IMG/VR virus record: IMGVR_UViG_3300033070_001583
Location: 1-64,000 of that record
Direction: 5' to 3' (one strand)
DNA: 64,000 bases
Source of the DNA: a virus
Taxonomy: Duplodnaviria; Caudoviricetes
Shown in pieces: positions 40,590-51,887 of the stretch. The notes below the pieces were generated by a model. That model was not told where the DNA came from. It saw only the letters and a list, made by a program, of their open reading frames with translations, and made no database searches. The translations under genes were made by a program, and so were the position numbers. Each line of letters starts with the position of its first letter. Within the stretch, counting starts at the first letter, position 1.

Positions 40590-40946
40590 ATGTCAATTGA
40601 CGAAGAGATCAAAACAGCCGACGAACAATCAAAAAAATTCTCAGATATTCTTGATCGTATTGAAGACGTACCGTCCCAACAAAAGACTCTCTGGCTAGAA
40701 ATTTACGCGAATGCTGTCGAAGACCGTGCGAGGGCGCGATCAATGTTCGATGTGCTAGTTGAAACGTGTAAGAGCGCATCAGGAGAGCTAGCAGTACACG
40801 GTGCTACAATAGCAAAATTTCTTGAGAGAATGTCAAAAGCAAACGATCAGCTTGGGAAGCTGTCTGAACTTATCTCGCTTGTCAAAGAAAAGAACGAAAA
40901 AATTGACATTGAAGATGCGTACAACGCAATAGAAAAGAAGAAGTGA
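40590..40946 (+). CDS. Hypothetical helical protein
   Basis: Clean ORF between the sigma-like and baseplate genes. Confidence 0.6.
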   Translation: MSIDEEIKTADEQSKKFSDILDRIEDVPSQQKTLWLEIYANAVEDRARARSMFDVLVETCKSASGELAVHGATIAKFLERMSKANDQLGKLSELISLVKEKNEKIDIEDAYNAIEKKK

Positions 40947-42311
40947 ATGTCTGAAGCTGACATCATCAAACAGATAGCTGAAGGAGCAAGTTATAGAACT
41001 CTAGTTGATCGTCTCATGAGAGACGTGATCAATGGTCTCTATCAACCTGGACTACCTCCAGTGCTGCACAGGTATATTGCACTGGAGGTATTTTCGAATC
41101 CGATCTCTGAACTTGATGATGAAAAGTATGCAGCACTTCACGAAAAATATGATTTCTCAGATGAAATAAATTGGAGAGATCTTCCGATTGGTACCATTCT
41201 CGCAGTAAAACAACAAGACGGTACATCTCAATCGCGTGGAAGGTTTGTATATCCAATCTTTTCTTCTCACCTACAGCTTCCGATCAAACCAGGTGAACAC
41301 ATCTGGGTGATGTTCGAGACATTGATCGATCAAGCGATTCAGAGAGCTTATTACATCGGTAGGATTCACGAGCCAAGATCCGTAGAGGATGCAAATCATA
41401 CGCACGCGCCGAGAGCATGGTGCGCAGCGGCGAATCCTCTCGAATCTGATGAGCCAGGAAAACCGCCGCAGTATAATTTTGCGAATGGTGTTGCAACTGT
41501 AGATCCAGCCGATGGAAGCGTTTACGTCTCCCCGGAGACTGCTCCGCTTCCTGGCGGAGAAACAGCATACGAAGATCTTCTTCAAACATCAGTAACTAGC
41601 GCATCTCATAAACGACAATCAGTACCCAGATTTCATAAGCCGCCGCCAGATGCTGCGGTAATGGGATCTAACAACACGCTCATTCATCTTGGAACTCTAG
41701 AGCAAGGTGATACAAAAGAAGGAGTAATCGACACCGTAGTGGGCCGCGGACGCACTCCAGAGACAGCTCCCCTCACTGTTGAAAACTCATTGAAAGAGAC
41801 CGAGGCTGACAAATCCAATGGGAATGAGAACCCAAATGAGGGTAATGCAGACTATACGAACGATGCAGCGCGAGTCATGCTTTGCATCAATGTCAACCTT
41901 GACGATCTTTTCAAGCTCTCACTGCAGAACTCCGGTGTGAGCGGATCAGATGGCTCGGGAATCGTTATCAAAGCAGACCATCTGAGATTCATCGCAAGAA
42001 AATCTTGTATGATCACCGTGAAAGGATCGTCAAAGGATCCAACGACGGGAATTGAAGTTGAGTCTGACGATCCGACGACCTGGTGTAGCTTTGGAGTCGT
42101 CGACGGTAACTTCATCTTCAAGCCGTCTGAAACGGGATACATCAAGCTCGGAGGAGACGATGCAAATCAAGCAATTCTCTGCACATCACAGCCCGCGGCG
42201 GTGGCGGGCGGGACTGTTACTGCTCCTCCCACGATATCGACAATGGGAGGAGCGATTGGAACGGGAGCGCCGAGTCAAGGTGGATATTCAAAGAAAGTTT
42301 TGATTAAATGA
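40947..42311 (+). CDS. Baseplate hub/spike protein, T4 gp5/VgrG-like
   Basis: OB-fold-like LPIKPGEHIWVMFE, beta-helix-like SGIVIKADHLRFIARK, tip GGYSKKVLIK; lies upstream of gp25. Confidence 0.65.
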   Translation: MSEADIIKQIAEGASYRTLVDRLMRDVINGLYQPGLPPVLHRYIALEVFSNPISELDDEKYAALHEKYDFSDEINWRDLPIGTILAVKQQDGTSQSRGRFVYPIFSSHLQLPIKPGEHIWVMFETLIDQAIQRAYYIGRIHEPRSVEDANHTHAPRAWCAAANPLESDEPGKPPQYNFANGVATVDPADGSVYVSPETAPLPGGETAYEDLLQTSVTSASHKRQSVPRFHKPPPDAAVMGSNNTLIHLGTLEQGDTKEGVIDTVVGRGRTPETAPLTVENSLKETEADKSNGNENPNEGNADYTNDAARVMLCINVNLDDLFKLSLQNSGVSGSDGSGIVIKADHLRFIARKSCMITVKGSSKDPTTGIEVESDDPTTWCSFGVVDGNFIFKPSETGYIKLGGDDANQAILCTSQPAAVAGGTVTAPPTISTMGGAIGTGAPSQGGYSKKVLIK

Positions 42312-44011
42312 AATGTCAAGAGGGGGCTGGTATTCTCGATGCGAATGGTAAACTAACAAAACCAGCAAGAGACAAATTCGTAGAAGATGTCAAAAAAAAG
42401 CTGAAGGCTCTTGATACTGGATTCCCAGTTCCATGCGGGAAGCCTTTGAAACCAATCTCGCTCGATATTCCGCTCGAGGACGAGGCTCTGTTCCCAGATT
42501 TTCACAAGTCTTACGTTGGAGCATACGAGGCAATCGCAAAGACGCTTAATGTTGAATCGAATTTCGCGTTCCTACCACTCTGCGATATTCTTGCGTTTGG
42601 AGTCAACCTTAATCTAAATGTTCCGCAACTATCACTTCCAGATTTGCTTGCCGCACTTATTGTTCCAACACCAGACTTTTTGTTGGATTTTGGAGTACCG
42701 GTACCAGATCTTCCGAGCATTGTTGCAAAATTTCCTTCTTTTAACATTCCAGTTGTTAAAATACCTCCATTCGATCTTCCTCCAATTCCAGCTTACGATG
42801 TACCTCTTCCTGCGTTCGATTTTTTTGTAAAATTTCCTCTAGAACTTCCAAAGCTTCTGGTTGATCTAGCACTGCAGATTCCTTCATTTGCTGCAAAAAT
42901 TCCAATAGAATTTTTGGCAGACATCTGTAAGCTAGTACAAAAAGTTCTTCCTCCACCGGCGCCGCTTGGAAGTCCTGATCCATCAGCGGTAGAACTATCA
43001 GTAGTCCAAATCGCCGGTGCACAGGTGCTTGCAGAGAAAACTACAGAATGTCTCTCTATCGCAGTGGTTGGGTCAACACTTGGCGTTGCGGACGCTGGAC
43101 TCGTTGGTCACATGGGCGCTGGATACGGTTACAGACCTCCGCCTGCAAGTGGAGAACAGAAAAAGCTTACACCGCCAGAACAGATTATCAAACTTGCAAA
43201 AGGAGCATCAGGTCTCAGTTACGTTTCGACATACATTAAGTCAATTGTAAAAAATGATAAGGGAAAAGATGAGCCGAAATTTACCGAAGTGTCGACAAGA
43301 GAGAAGTACCTTCAATTCATTCTTCCAACTGATACTCCAACATTTCAACAAAATACTGGCAAGACTCTTTCATCTTGCGGAACTTTTCTGAGAGCACTTC
43401 TATTCCACGCAGGATCAAAGCGTGATGAAATCACTCAGCCGTATGAGACTCTCACAAAGACGAAATCGATACTTGCAGTTCTTCTTGATCTAGGCAGAGA
43501 GCTCGATAAGATGGTGTACGATCTGTCTGATGGAAAGTCTCCTGAAAAGAAACCAACAGCTAGCATGTTCAACATCCAGCCGGGAGAGAAAGCATATGCA
43601 GTTCTTGTTGGGGGCTCCGGACAGTACGAAAAAGAGTTCGGTGGTACAGAACACATTCTTCTTATCACATCAAGAGTAGAAAATTCAGATGAATCGCTTG
43701 GAATCAAACGTCCTGGAACGCCTCATGGGCCGGCCTACATTGGAATCGAAGGTGGCCAGGGAACATCTGCAAAAGGATACGGAATCGGTACTGCGCTATA
43801 CGGATTCTACACAGATGCGAATGGATATGGTTGGGCCACACGGTGGTTCAGATCAGATCAAAAAGAAATTATTTCTTATGATACAGGATCTCCCGGCGAT
43901 CCTGCGAATCAAGTGACTGCTCTACCAGATAGCACGAAATACGCTCCTGCTGAGTCAAGAAAAATAAGGGCAATCATTGACCTCGGAGGCATTCTAGCTG
44001 CGACGAAATAG
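42308..44011 (+). CDS. Baseplate-associated protein: Pro-rich spacer plus C-terminal CHAP-like domain
   Basis: LP/FP/IP-rich tract; SSCGTF (Cys), TEHIL (His), IEGGQ. Confidence 0.55.
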   Translation: MKCQEGAGILDANGKLTKPARDKFVEDVKKKLKALDTGFPVPCGKPLKPISLDIPLEDEALFPDFHKSYVGAYEAIAKTLNVESNFAFLPLCDILAFGVNLNLNVPQLSLPDLLAALIVPTPDFLLDFGVPVPDLPSIVAKFPSFNIPVVKIPPFDLPPIPAYDVPLPAFDFFVKFPLELPKLLVDLALQIPSFAAKIPIEFLADICKLVQKVLPPPAPLGSPDPSAVELSVVQIAGAQVLAEKTTECLSIAVVGSTLGVADAGLVGHMGAGYGYRPPPASGEQKKLTPPEQIIKLAKGASGLSYVSTYIKSIVKNDKGKDEPKFTEVSTREKYLQFILPTDTPTFQQNTGKTLSSCGTFLRALLFHAGSKRDEITQPYETLTKTKSILAVLLDLGRELDKMVYDLSDGKSPEKKPTASMFNIQPGEKAYAVLVGGSGQYEKEFGGTEHILLITSRVENSDESLGIKRPGTPHGPAYIGIEGGQGTSAKGYGIGTALYGFYTDANGYGWATRWFRSDQKEIISYDTGSPGDPANQVTALPDSTKYAPAESRKIRAIIDLGGILAATK

Positions 44012-44041
44012 CCCGTGAGTGGGTTATTATGATAAGACGGA

Positions 44042-44518
44042 ATGCCAATCAGTTTTAAGAACGTAGGTAAGACTGTTATACAGAAGCAGGAACAGGCTGA
44101 CGCTATCATACAGCAATCAGTTCCATACGGATTTCTTACGCCTCTAAAGCTCGGATCTGATACTGACGGTATCTTTGCGATGTCGACATCGCTCGATGCG
44201 CAGATATCAGATAATCTAAGAAATCTACTTCAGACGAATCATGGCGAAAGATTGGGACTCCCAGGACTAGGAGCAAATCTAAGACCTTTGGCTTTGGAGT
44301 ATACGAACACAGATTCTTTTGATGCTCTCGCAGTTGAAAGAATCAAGGCTGCGGTTTCGAAATGGATGCCGTACATTGATCTTCAAACATTCTCTTCCGC
44401 TGTCGTCTCTGGCAATAGAGGAAATAGAGTGGCCGCTGTAAATATAACGATTGGTTATGGAATACCATCACTCAGTGTGCAAGATAGACAGATAACTGTA
44501 ACGATTTACGTAACATGA
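44042..44518 (+). CDS. Baseplate wedge subunit, GPW/gp25 family
   Basis: QISDNLRNLLQTNHGERLGLPGLGANL...IKAAVSKWMPYI. Confidence 0.9.
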   Translation: MPISFKNVGKTVIQKQEQADAIIQQSVPYGFLTPLKLGSDTDGIFAMSTSLDAQISDNLRNLLQTNHGERLGLPGLGANLRPLALEYTNTDSFDALAVERIKAAVSKWMPYIDLQTFSSAVVSGNRGNRVAAVNITIGYGIPSLSVQDRQITVTIYVT

Positions 44519-46353
44519 CAACATCAGATACAAAAACACAGCAAGTACGCCAGCGAACGTATCTGAACAGAGACTTCGCGACAAACAGGAATGCAATTGT
44601 CAATTACGCAAGGAAGTACTACCCAACAAAAATTCAAGATCTATCTGAAACAGGTGTTGGAGGTCTTCTTGTAGATATGGCGGCAGTCGTAGGAGACAAT
44701 CTAAACTTCTATCTCGATTTCCAGTTCTCAGAACTCGATATCGATACAGCAGTAGAAAATGTCAACATTGAACGTGCTCTTAGGAACTCTGGCGTTCCAA
44801 TTTCTGGTGCGGCGCCGGCGATTGTACCAGTTGATATTACGTTCGAGATACCGGCAGTAACGACAGGTGGAAAATCTGAGCCAGATACGACTGCACTTCC
44901 AGTACTACAAACTGCAGTAATTGCTAGCGATTCTGGAGTGCAGTTCAATCTATTGGAATCCATAAACTTTACAACAAGAAACGCAGATGGTACTCTTGCA
45001 GCATCTGTTTCAATACTGAAAACATTCCCTGATGGAACAATTAAAAGCTACGCTATCACGAAAAGAGGAACAGCACTCTCTGGAAATATAACGACAGAAA
45101 CTGTTGTCATCGGTTCAAACTTCGTGCCATTCAGAAGAGTTGCTCTCTCGCAGAAAGATATTTCAGAGATTATCAGCGTGCAAGATGATCTAGGAAATGT
45201 GTATTACGAAGTAAAAGATTTGAGTCAAGATACCGTTTTTGTTCCTGTTACGAATACGTCGTCTGACTCGATGGAGGTACCGTCAAGCCTGAAAATGATA
45301 TCTGCACCGTACCGTTACACAAAGCAAGTTGAACTTTCGACTCGATCTACTGTTCTAACTCTCGGTGGCGGTAATGCAGAAACATTTGAGGATGACGTAA
45401 TTCCAGATCCATCGGACATAGCGCTTCCGTATCAGTACAGATCTAGCTTCCCGATTGAGCCAATCGATCCGAATTCTTTGCTAGCAACGAAGACTCTTGG
45501 AGTATACGCCGTCAATACAAACCTGAACGTGACGTACAGGTATGGAGGAGGATTGAATCACAATGCAATCGCAAATTCAATCAGATCTGTCGAAACATTT
45601 CAGCTTACGTTTCCTGGAAATCCTTCATTCTCGGTTTCAAGGAGCGTGAGAGCATCGATTAAATGTAACAACCCTGTTCGCGCAAGAGGCGGTGACGATG
45701 CTCCTTCTATCGATGAGCTGAAGTCTGTTGTTGGCGCATATAGGAATTCGCAATCGAGAATCGTGACTGCAAGCGATATGCTGGCCAGAGTGTACACGCT
45801 CCCATCAAATTTTGGACGTGTGTACAGGGCCGGAATCAGATCGTCATCTAATTCTCCATTTGCAACAAAACTTTACATCATCTCTAGGGACGGAGATGGT
45901 AAGCTCGCTGTATCAAGTGATACACTGAAGAAAAATCTAAGAACGTATCTCAACCCGCAGAGACTGATAGGAGATGCAGTCGATATTCTTGATGTGAGCA
46001 TCGTAAATCTGAAAGTCGAATTTGATATTTCAACCGATTCAATATCGAACCGTCAGGTTGTGATCCAGTCAGTCCTCAAGAATTTGAAAAAGTTCTTTGA
46101 CACAAAGAACTTTAACGTAGATCAGCCGATCATCATCACTGAGGTATCGAAAGTCATCTCGATAACGCCTGGTGTCATATCTGTAAATCAGATCAAATTT
46201 TCTGAATTGCAGGGATTCATAAACAACAGAGAATATCCTGGTTCGTCTTTCGATGTTGCCGGATCAACGAAGCGAAACATTTTGTACCCGCCAGAGGGCG
46301 GAATGTTTGAGATAAGATATCCAGACACTGACATTATTGGAAGAGCAGAATTA
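44515..46353 (+). CDS. Baseplate wedge protein, gp6/baseplate-J-like (612 aa, TTA stop)
   Basis: YLNRDF, LNFYLD, YRYGGG, RIVTASD; ends YPDTDIIGRAE then TTA-A-ATG of the next gene. Confidence 0.85.
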
Positions 46354-46354
46354 A

Positions 46355-47854
46355 ATGATACTTGCACTCACTGCCAGCGCTGATGGTTACATCACAAATC
46401 GTTACATCGGTGGTATATCGCGCACCCGTTCGAATACTGGAAGGGCAGGAACGCTTGATATTTTCAAACTGTATGGAGTTACGTCAACGCTATTTGGTAC
46501 TGGTTCCGTACCAAATAGAGAAATATCTCGCGCTCTCATAAAATTTGATCTTGAGCCTCTGAGACGTCTCGTTTCTGCAGGAGCTATATCATTTGCAGAC
46601 TCGACGTTCTCTGCAAATATGAAGCTTTACAATTCCAACGGTGGACAGTCGATACCTGAGAATTTTACTCTCTCTTTGCATCCTCTGTCTGCTAGCTTCG
46701 ATGAGGGAAGAGGAAGAGACATTGCTCTGTTCAATGACGTCGACTCATGTAACTGGCTTACATCTAGCGTCAATCCTCTCCGCACCTGGGTACAATCGGG
46801 TGCAGGAGCATCAGGATCTGCAGGACAGAGTGTCGACATTCTTACAGATGTCGGATCTCAGCAGGTATCTGCGTCACAGAGATTCGTAACGGGTCTCGAA
46901 GATCTCTCTGTGAATGTGACACCATACGTTTCTTGTACGCTGGCAGGGATCGCATCAGATAACGGTTTCAGACTCTCTTTTTCATCAGTCGAAGAAGACG
47001 ATGAATACACATATTTTGTTAAACGTTTTGCCTCTCGTCACACGCATGATAAGAGACTACAACCGAAGCTTTTCATCACATATGATGATTCTATCTTGGA
47101 TGATTCTCCAGCTCCGCTGTTCTCAGTCACGGGAACTTATGCGTTCACGAATTCTCTGAGAGGCCGCCCAGTACCATTTACATCTGCTTCTGTGCAGATT
47201 ACTGGATCATCAAGAGTGAATCTGAGATTGGTGAACAGATCGTCTGGTAGTGCTACAACGTACATTTTTCCGGGTGCTTCTGCAGTGAACAGGAGCGCAG
47301 GAACATACATTGCCAGCGGTTCCATAACACCAACGCAGCATATGCTCGAGCAACTGGCTGTATCAGGATCGGTCAAATTCGAATCGTACTGGGAGTCTGT
47401 TGATGGAACTGTATCCTATGCAACGGGATCAAATCTCAGATTTCGTACAGTTACGCTAGCTCCGACAGTTCCAAGTGCGGCAACAGTCGTCAATGTAACT
47501 GGAGCATCGGGAGAGATAGAGAAATCGAACGGGATCACAATGACATGCTTCATTGACGATCCATTCAACAAATCTGATACTCCTCCGTCTAGAACGCCAA
47601 GAGCCAGCAAAACTGTGCTCTACAGAGATGTGCACTATCAAATCCGCGAGAAGCAGACAGGAAACATCTGTGTACCGATTGATACAATCACGCATTCGAC
47701 AAGAATGTCGAATGACGAAGATCGTTACTATTTCACGCTTCCTACGAGCTGTCTATCTCCTGGAGTCGTATACGTTGTTGACGTCGTAATATGGAATGGC
47801 ACTGATCGAGTTGATTTCAAGTCAGCTTCTGGTCAGTTTTGGGTAGTAGAATGA
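46355..47854 (+). CDS. Virion structural protein (DNRLRE-like N-terminus)
   Basis: ASADGYI...SRALIKFDL...GFRL...PKLFITY pattern; baseplate context. Confidence 0.55.
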   Translation: MILALTASADGYITNRYIGGISRTRSNTGRAGTLDIFKLYGVTSTLFGTGSVPNREISRALIKFDLEPLRRLVSAGAISFADSTFSANMKLYNSNGGQSIPENFTLSLHPLSASFDEGRGRDIALFNDVDSCNWLTSSVNPLRTWVQSGAGASGSAGQSVDILTDVGSQQVSASQRFVTGLEDLSVNVTPYVSCTLAGIASDNGFRLSFSSVEEDDEYTYFVKRFASRHTHDKRLQPKLFITYDDSILDDSPAPLFSVTGTYAFTNSLRGRPVPFTSASVQITGSSRVNLRLVNRSSGSATTYIFPGASAVNRSAGTYIASGSITPTQHMLEQLAVSGSVKFESYWESVDGTVSYATGSNLRFRTVTLAPTVPSAATVVNVTGASGEIEKSNGITMTCFIDDPFNKSDTPPSRTPRASKTVLYRDVHYQIREKQTGNICVPIDTITHSTRMSNDEDRYYFTLPTSCLSPGVVYVVDVVIWNGTDRVDFKSASGQFWVVE

Positions 47855-50800
47855 TCATCAAACCAAAACTGCTTTCAAAATCTGAGATATCATCGCTGAA
47901 ACATGGAAATAGTCCAGTATCTCACTCGATATCATCTCTACCTGAAACGAACGTATCGGATGAAAATAACATCAGGTACGCTAGAGGTAATGGTGTCAAA
48001 TCAACACAGCAGCTTCGAGTTAATTGGTCTAATTTCTCAGATCACACATTTTTTCAATCCGCTGTCGTAAAAACGAACGTTGCATTCGATAACATTATCA
48101 ACGAGTATCCATTCGATGGATCTCGAGCAATTATCGAATCGTTCGAAGACTCACTGACAGGATTCGAAAAATGGGTTCTTGATTCATTTCCAAAGTCAGT
48201 GGGATACGTTCAGCTGTCTGGAACGAATGCCCCAGAAGCCTCCGGTGGAGCTTATCTTCAAGTACAAGATTCAAAAGGATATCTCTATCCTGAAACGATC
48301 AGTGAATCTGGATTGCCTGCGTTCGTTACAACTGGTAGTTTCTGTTTGGAATTTCATGCGAATGTTCCCTCAAGATCAAACGCAAATCAGGCAATATTTC
48401 AGATGCTCGGCACAGATCAGGGACTGTCTGTGCACCTCAGTGGTTCTTCTACGTCGAATGCGACAATCGAATTTAATGTGTGGTCCGGTAGTCTGTCTCT
48501 TAGCAGCCAGCACACTGCACAAAAGGGAGTGTTCAATCACCATGCATGCGTGTACGATTCAGAAACCGGGACGTTCAGGACATACTTGAATGGCGCGTTT
48601 TCGAGCGAATCATCGACAGTTGCAAAGGCGATCTCTATAAGATCGTCTGTCGGACCAGCTGTCACGATTGCGACTGGCACTAATTGTACATTTCCGGGCG
48701 GTAGCATTTCTCTATCTGAAACATTTTCTGGTTCACTGGATGAATTGAGATTTTTCAAATCAGCTAGAACAGCAGATCAGATCTCATATTACAGAACGAG
48801 AAATGTTTTTAGAGACAGTACAAATGAATTGTCTCTTTGTTATAGATTCAACGAACCTAATGACGGAATGTCGTCTGGAACGCTATCAAGATTCGTTCTA
48901 GATTATTCTGGCAATTCGTTGCACAGCTTGTGGTCAGATTCAGCTTACGTAACACGTGTAACTGGGACAAGAGATCAAAATCCTCTTACGAACGAAAGAG
49001 AGAGAGATAATCATGTTCTTTTTGCTTCAAATCAGAGAGTCGAGTCGTTCAATCAAGAACTCATCACATCTGGTACAGAATATGATCTTGTAAATCCAAA
49101 CACGATTACAAGGCTCGTGCCTCCGCACTATTTGCTCGATGGAAAGAATGAGAGGTTCGATGATACAATCTACGGGAATGCTACGGATGCTTACAGTGCA
49201 GCCGCGGGACCTGGTACTGGCAAAACTCCAGCCCCACAAGAGTTTCTCGGTCTACTACACTCATACGCTCAGTACTACGACGAATTGAAACTGTTTGTCG
49301 CATCTGCCGCAAATCTGAGATTTGTCGATTATAACGAGTATGATACAGCTCCTGATGAATTTCTGAGAGATCTTGCAAAGTCTTACGGAATTACACTCCC
49401 GCCTCTGTACGTTGGAGCATCGCTCGGTCAGTACACAGAGGGATACGACTCAGTCGAAACAAACGATTCAGAACGTTCACTCGAGTACGTGCAAAATGAG
49501 CTTACAAGAAGATTCCTCACATCAGCGAATCATCTTTTGAGATCCAAGGGAACGCAAGAGAGTATAAAGGGAACTCTAAGGGCGTATGGTCTCGATCCAA
49601 ATAACACGTTCAAAATAAAAGAACGCGGTGGCACAGCAATTTCAGATATACGGCTTGCAAGAGAGAAAAGATCTGACGTATTCCCAATGGTATCATTCGG
49701 AGACACAGCGGGAGTCGTTCTGTCATATCTTTCTTCTAGCAGAATTGAAGTTGGATCACCGTCTTCAACGGCATTCGTTCAACAGACACAGTACCCGCCT
49801 CACGGAATTTCGCCAACAAAGTCTGATGGTCTCTTTACATCAGGCTCGTGGACGTTTGAAACTTACGTAAGATTTCCTACAGCGGCATCGCGAGCCGGAT
49901 ATGCAACCATCGCAAGGTTTGCTACGACTGGAACAATATCAACAAAGCCTGTCTGCTGGGGAGCCGTTACTGCATACAGCTCTTCTCTTCCAGGCGAGGG
50001 TCACATCACGTTTGCAGTATGCCCGTACTCTGGATCAGTTACGAATGAGATCGTAGTCTCAGGCAGCATATACGATGGATCTGTCTGGCATATTGCAGCA
50101 GGAAGAGACAGAGCTGACATTGCGTCAGGTTCTTTCGCTATTTCATCGTCGTATTTTCTCTATGTCACGCGTCAGACGAATGATGGTGGAACTTCTCTAA
50201 ATGCCACGTCATCATTCGTTTATGATGGAGCATCAAGCATACTACAAAACATCTCGACATCGCATAATGCATCTGGCAGTATGATTCTTTTCGGAGCCGG
50301 TACTGGGGCAGTTGCAACAGGAGCAGGTTTTATCGAAGGAAATGAATTTGCATCAGGTTCATCTGGATATCGTCTTGGTAGAACAAGATGGTGGAATCAC
50401 GCTCTGTCTTACAAAGCAATCAGAGAGCATGCACTCGATCCGTACAATTATGGAAGCGATGATGCTCTCTCATCAGGACTGAGATACAGCGATGTTACAG
50501 GCTCTTGGGGAAGACTGAGATCAGAGATTTTTGTAAAGCAGACAGAGCCAGCGACGAGCGCGGGCGCGTTCTCATTCGCGAATACGATTTCTGGATCACT
50601 TGTATCAGGAATCGGAAGTGGCTTCGAAGCATCTGTCACTCCTTACAAAAACGCGTATTTCGAATACACGCACATTGCCCCATCGTTCGATGAGTCGATT
50701 ACTGATTACAAGATTAGAATTAGAAGTTATCAAGATAGGAGCTCTTTTGAAGGGTACAGCTGGGAGGATATCGCTCCTGTGACAAGAATTAATCCAAAGG

Positions 50801-51237
50801 AAACTTCTTACGATAATCCGTACGTCACAGTAGAGATGGGACTCGTTGATATCTACAACAGAGACATCATCAGGTCAATCGGAAATCCAGAGCTCCTCGA
50901 CACATACATGGGAGCTGTACACAATTTGTACGATGATTCGTACTCTGATATTGCAAAGCTAGTCTCGGCTCATTCTTCAAGGCTCGCCGGAAGAGTCAAT
51001 TTCAAGACCTATCACTCATTCTTCAAATGGATTCAAGCAAGTATAGGTGATCTACTTGCTCAGTTCATACCGAATAAAGCAAGATTCAATGGTATGAACT
51101 ACGTGATCGAACCTGGATTGCACGAGAGGGCAAGAATTCGTTACATACCGCCAACTTATTACATCAGCGAGAGTGATTCTCTGAGAGACCGGCAGATTGG
51201 CCTGACACTCATAACTGGACTTGTAAGGAGATACTGA
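47851..51237 (+). CDS. Large baseplate/tail protein with LamG domains and a P2 gpI-like segment
   Basis: FNHHACVYD...YLNG...GSLDELRFF...YRFNE (LamG); FLRDLAKSYG...SKGTQESI (gpI-like). Confidence 0.7.
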   Translation: MIIKPKLLSKSEISSLKHGNSPVSHSISSLPETNVSDENNIRYARGNGVKSTQQLRVNWSNFSDHTFFQSAVVKTNVAFDNIINEYPFDGSRAIIESFEDSLTGFEKWVLDSFPKSVGYVQLSGTNAPEASGGAYLQVQDSKGYLYPETISESGLPAFVTTGSFCLEFHANVPSRSNANQAIFQMLGTDQGLSVHLSGSSTSNATIEFNVWSGSLSLSSQHTAQKGVFNHHACVYDSETGTFRTYLNGAFSSESSTVAKAISIRSSVGPAVTIATGTNCTFPGGSISLSETFSGSLDELRFFKSARTADQISYYRTRNVFRDSTNELSLCYRFNEPNDGMSSGTLSRFVLDYSGNSLHSLWSDSAYVTRVTGTRDQNPLTNERERDNHVLFASNQRVESFNQELITSGTEYDLVNPNTITRLVPPHYLLDGKNERFDDTIYGNATDAYSAAAGPGTGKTPAPQEFLGLLHSYAQYYDELKLFVASAANLRFVDYNEYDTAPDEFLRDLAKSYGITLPPLYVGASLGQYTEGYDSVETNDSERSLEYVQNELTRRFLTSANHLLRSKGTQESIKGTLRAYGLDPNNTFKIKERGGTAISDIRLAREKRSDVFPMVSFGDTAGVVLSYLSSSRIEVGSPSSTAFVQQTQYPPHGISPTKSDGLFTSGSWTFETYVRFPTAASRAGYATIARFATTGTISTKPVCWGAVTAYSSSLPGEGHITFAVCPYSGSVTNEIVVSGSIYDGSVWHIAAGRDRADIASGSFAISSSYFLYVTRQTNDGGTSLNATSSFVYDGASSILQNISTSHNASGSMILFGAGTGAVATGAGFIEGNEFASGSSGYRLGRTRWWNHALSYKAIREHALDPYNYGSDDALSSGLRYSDVTGSWGRLRSEIFVKQTEPATSAGAFSFANTISGSLVSGIGSGFEASVTPYKNAYFEYTHIAPSFDESITDYKIRIRSYQDRSSFEGYSWEDIAPVTRINPKETSYDNPYVTVEMGLVDIYNRDIIRSIGNPELLDTYMGAVHNLYDDSYSDIAKLVSAHSSRLAGRVNFKTYHSFFKWIQASIGDLLAQFIPNKARFNGMNYVIEPGLHERARIRYIPPTYYISESDSLRDRQIGLTLITGLVRRY

Positions 51238-51887
51238 TGATACCATTCGATGATTCACCGCAGAGACCCCAAACAGGTTCAGGAGGAATTGACACATCTG
51301 AGTATGATAGATTCAGATCAGGAGTTGAGATCAGATCTCAAAAACAAGCTCTGCAGCCAATGTGCGTTATTCACAGCGGAGATTCAGAAGATGCAACGAA
51401 TCACGACTTCGTCGACACTTCCATCGGTCACGCAGAAGCAAAGTACTTTACTACCGTTTCTGACTCTGATTATGAGATATCGCCGGCGCTACGATTGAGA
51501 TCTTCCGTTACGAATGTTACAGGATCGTTTGTCATGCAGAGTACAGCCAAAGGGTACTCTGCTGTACGCAGCGTTGGTGCAGATGAGACGTCTTCATTCG
51601 GTGATAGGGATATCCCTCCAATATCGGTCGATCCTCTGAAAGATGGCGGTGTGTCGGATAGATACTCAGGTATAAGAGTAGAAAAATACTCGAGACAACG
51701 AATCAGTCTAAAATTCGACGATACGAGATACAGACGATACATCTCAAGAATCGCATTCTCGCAGCCTGACACGAGCTATAATACAGAAGAATCTGGCGTT
51801 GGAGTGAGATACAGAGGCACAAGCGGATTTGTTTGCGACACTCCGTATGGAACTGACAGCGTTGCATACTGTGGACTCACAAAATGA
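51237..51887 (+). CDS. Hypothetical virion protein
   Basis: Tightly coupled ORF in the tail operon. Confidence 0.6.
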   Translation: MIPFDDSPQRPQTGSGGIDTSEYDRFRSGVEIRSQKQALQPMCVIHSGDSEDATNHDFVDTSIGHAEAKYFTTVSDSDYEISPALRLRSSVTNVTGSFVMQSTAKGYSAVRSVGADETSSFGDRDIPPISVDPLKDGGVSDRYSGIRVEKYSRQRISLKFDDTRYRRYISRIAFSQPDTSYNTEESGVGVRYRGTSGFVCDTPYGTDSVAYCGLTK

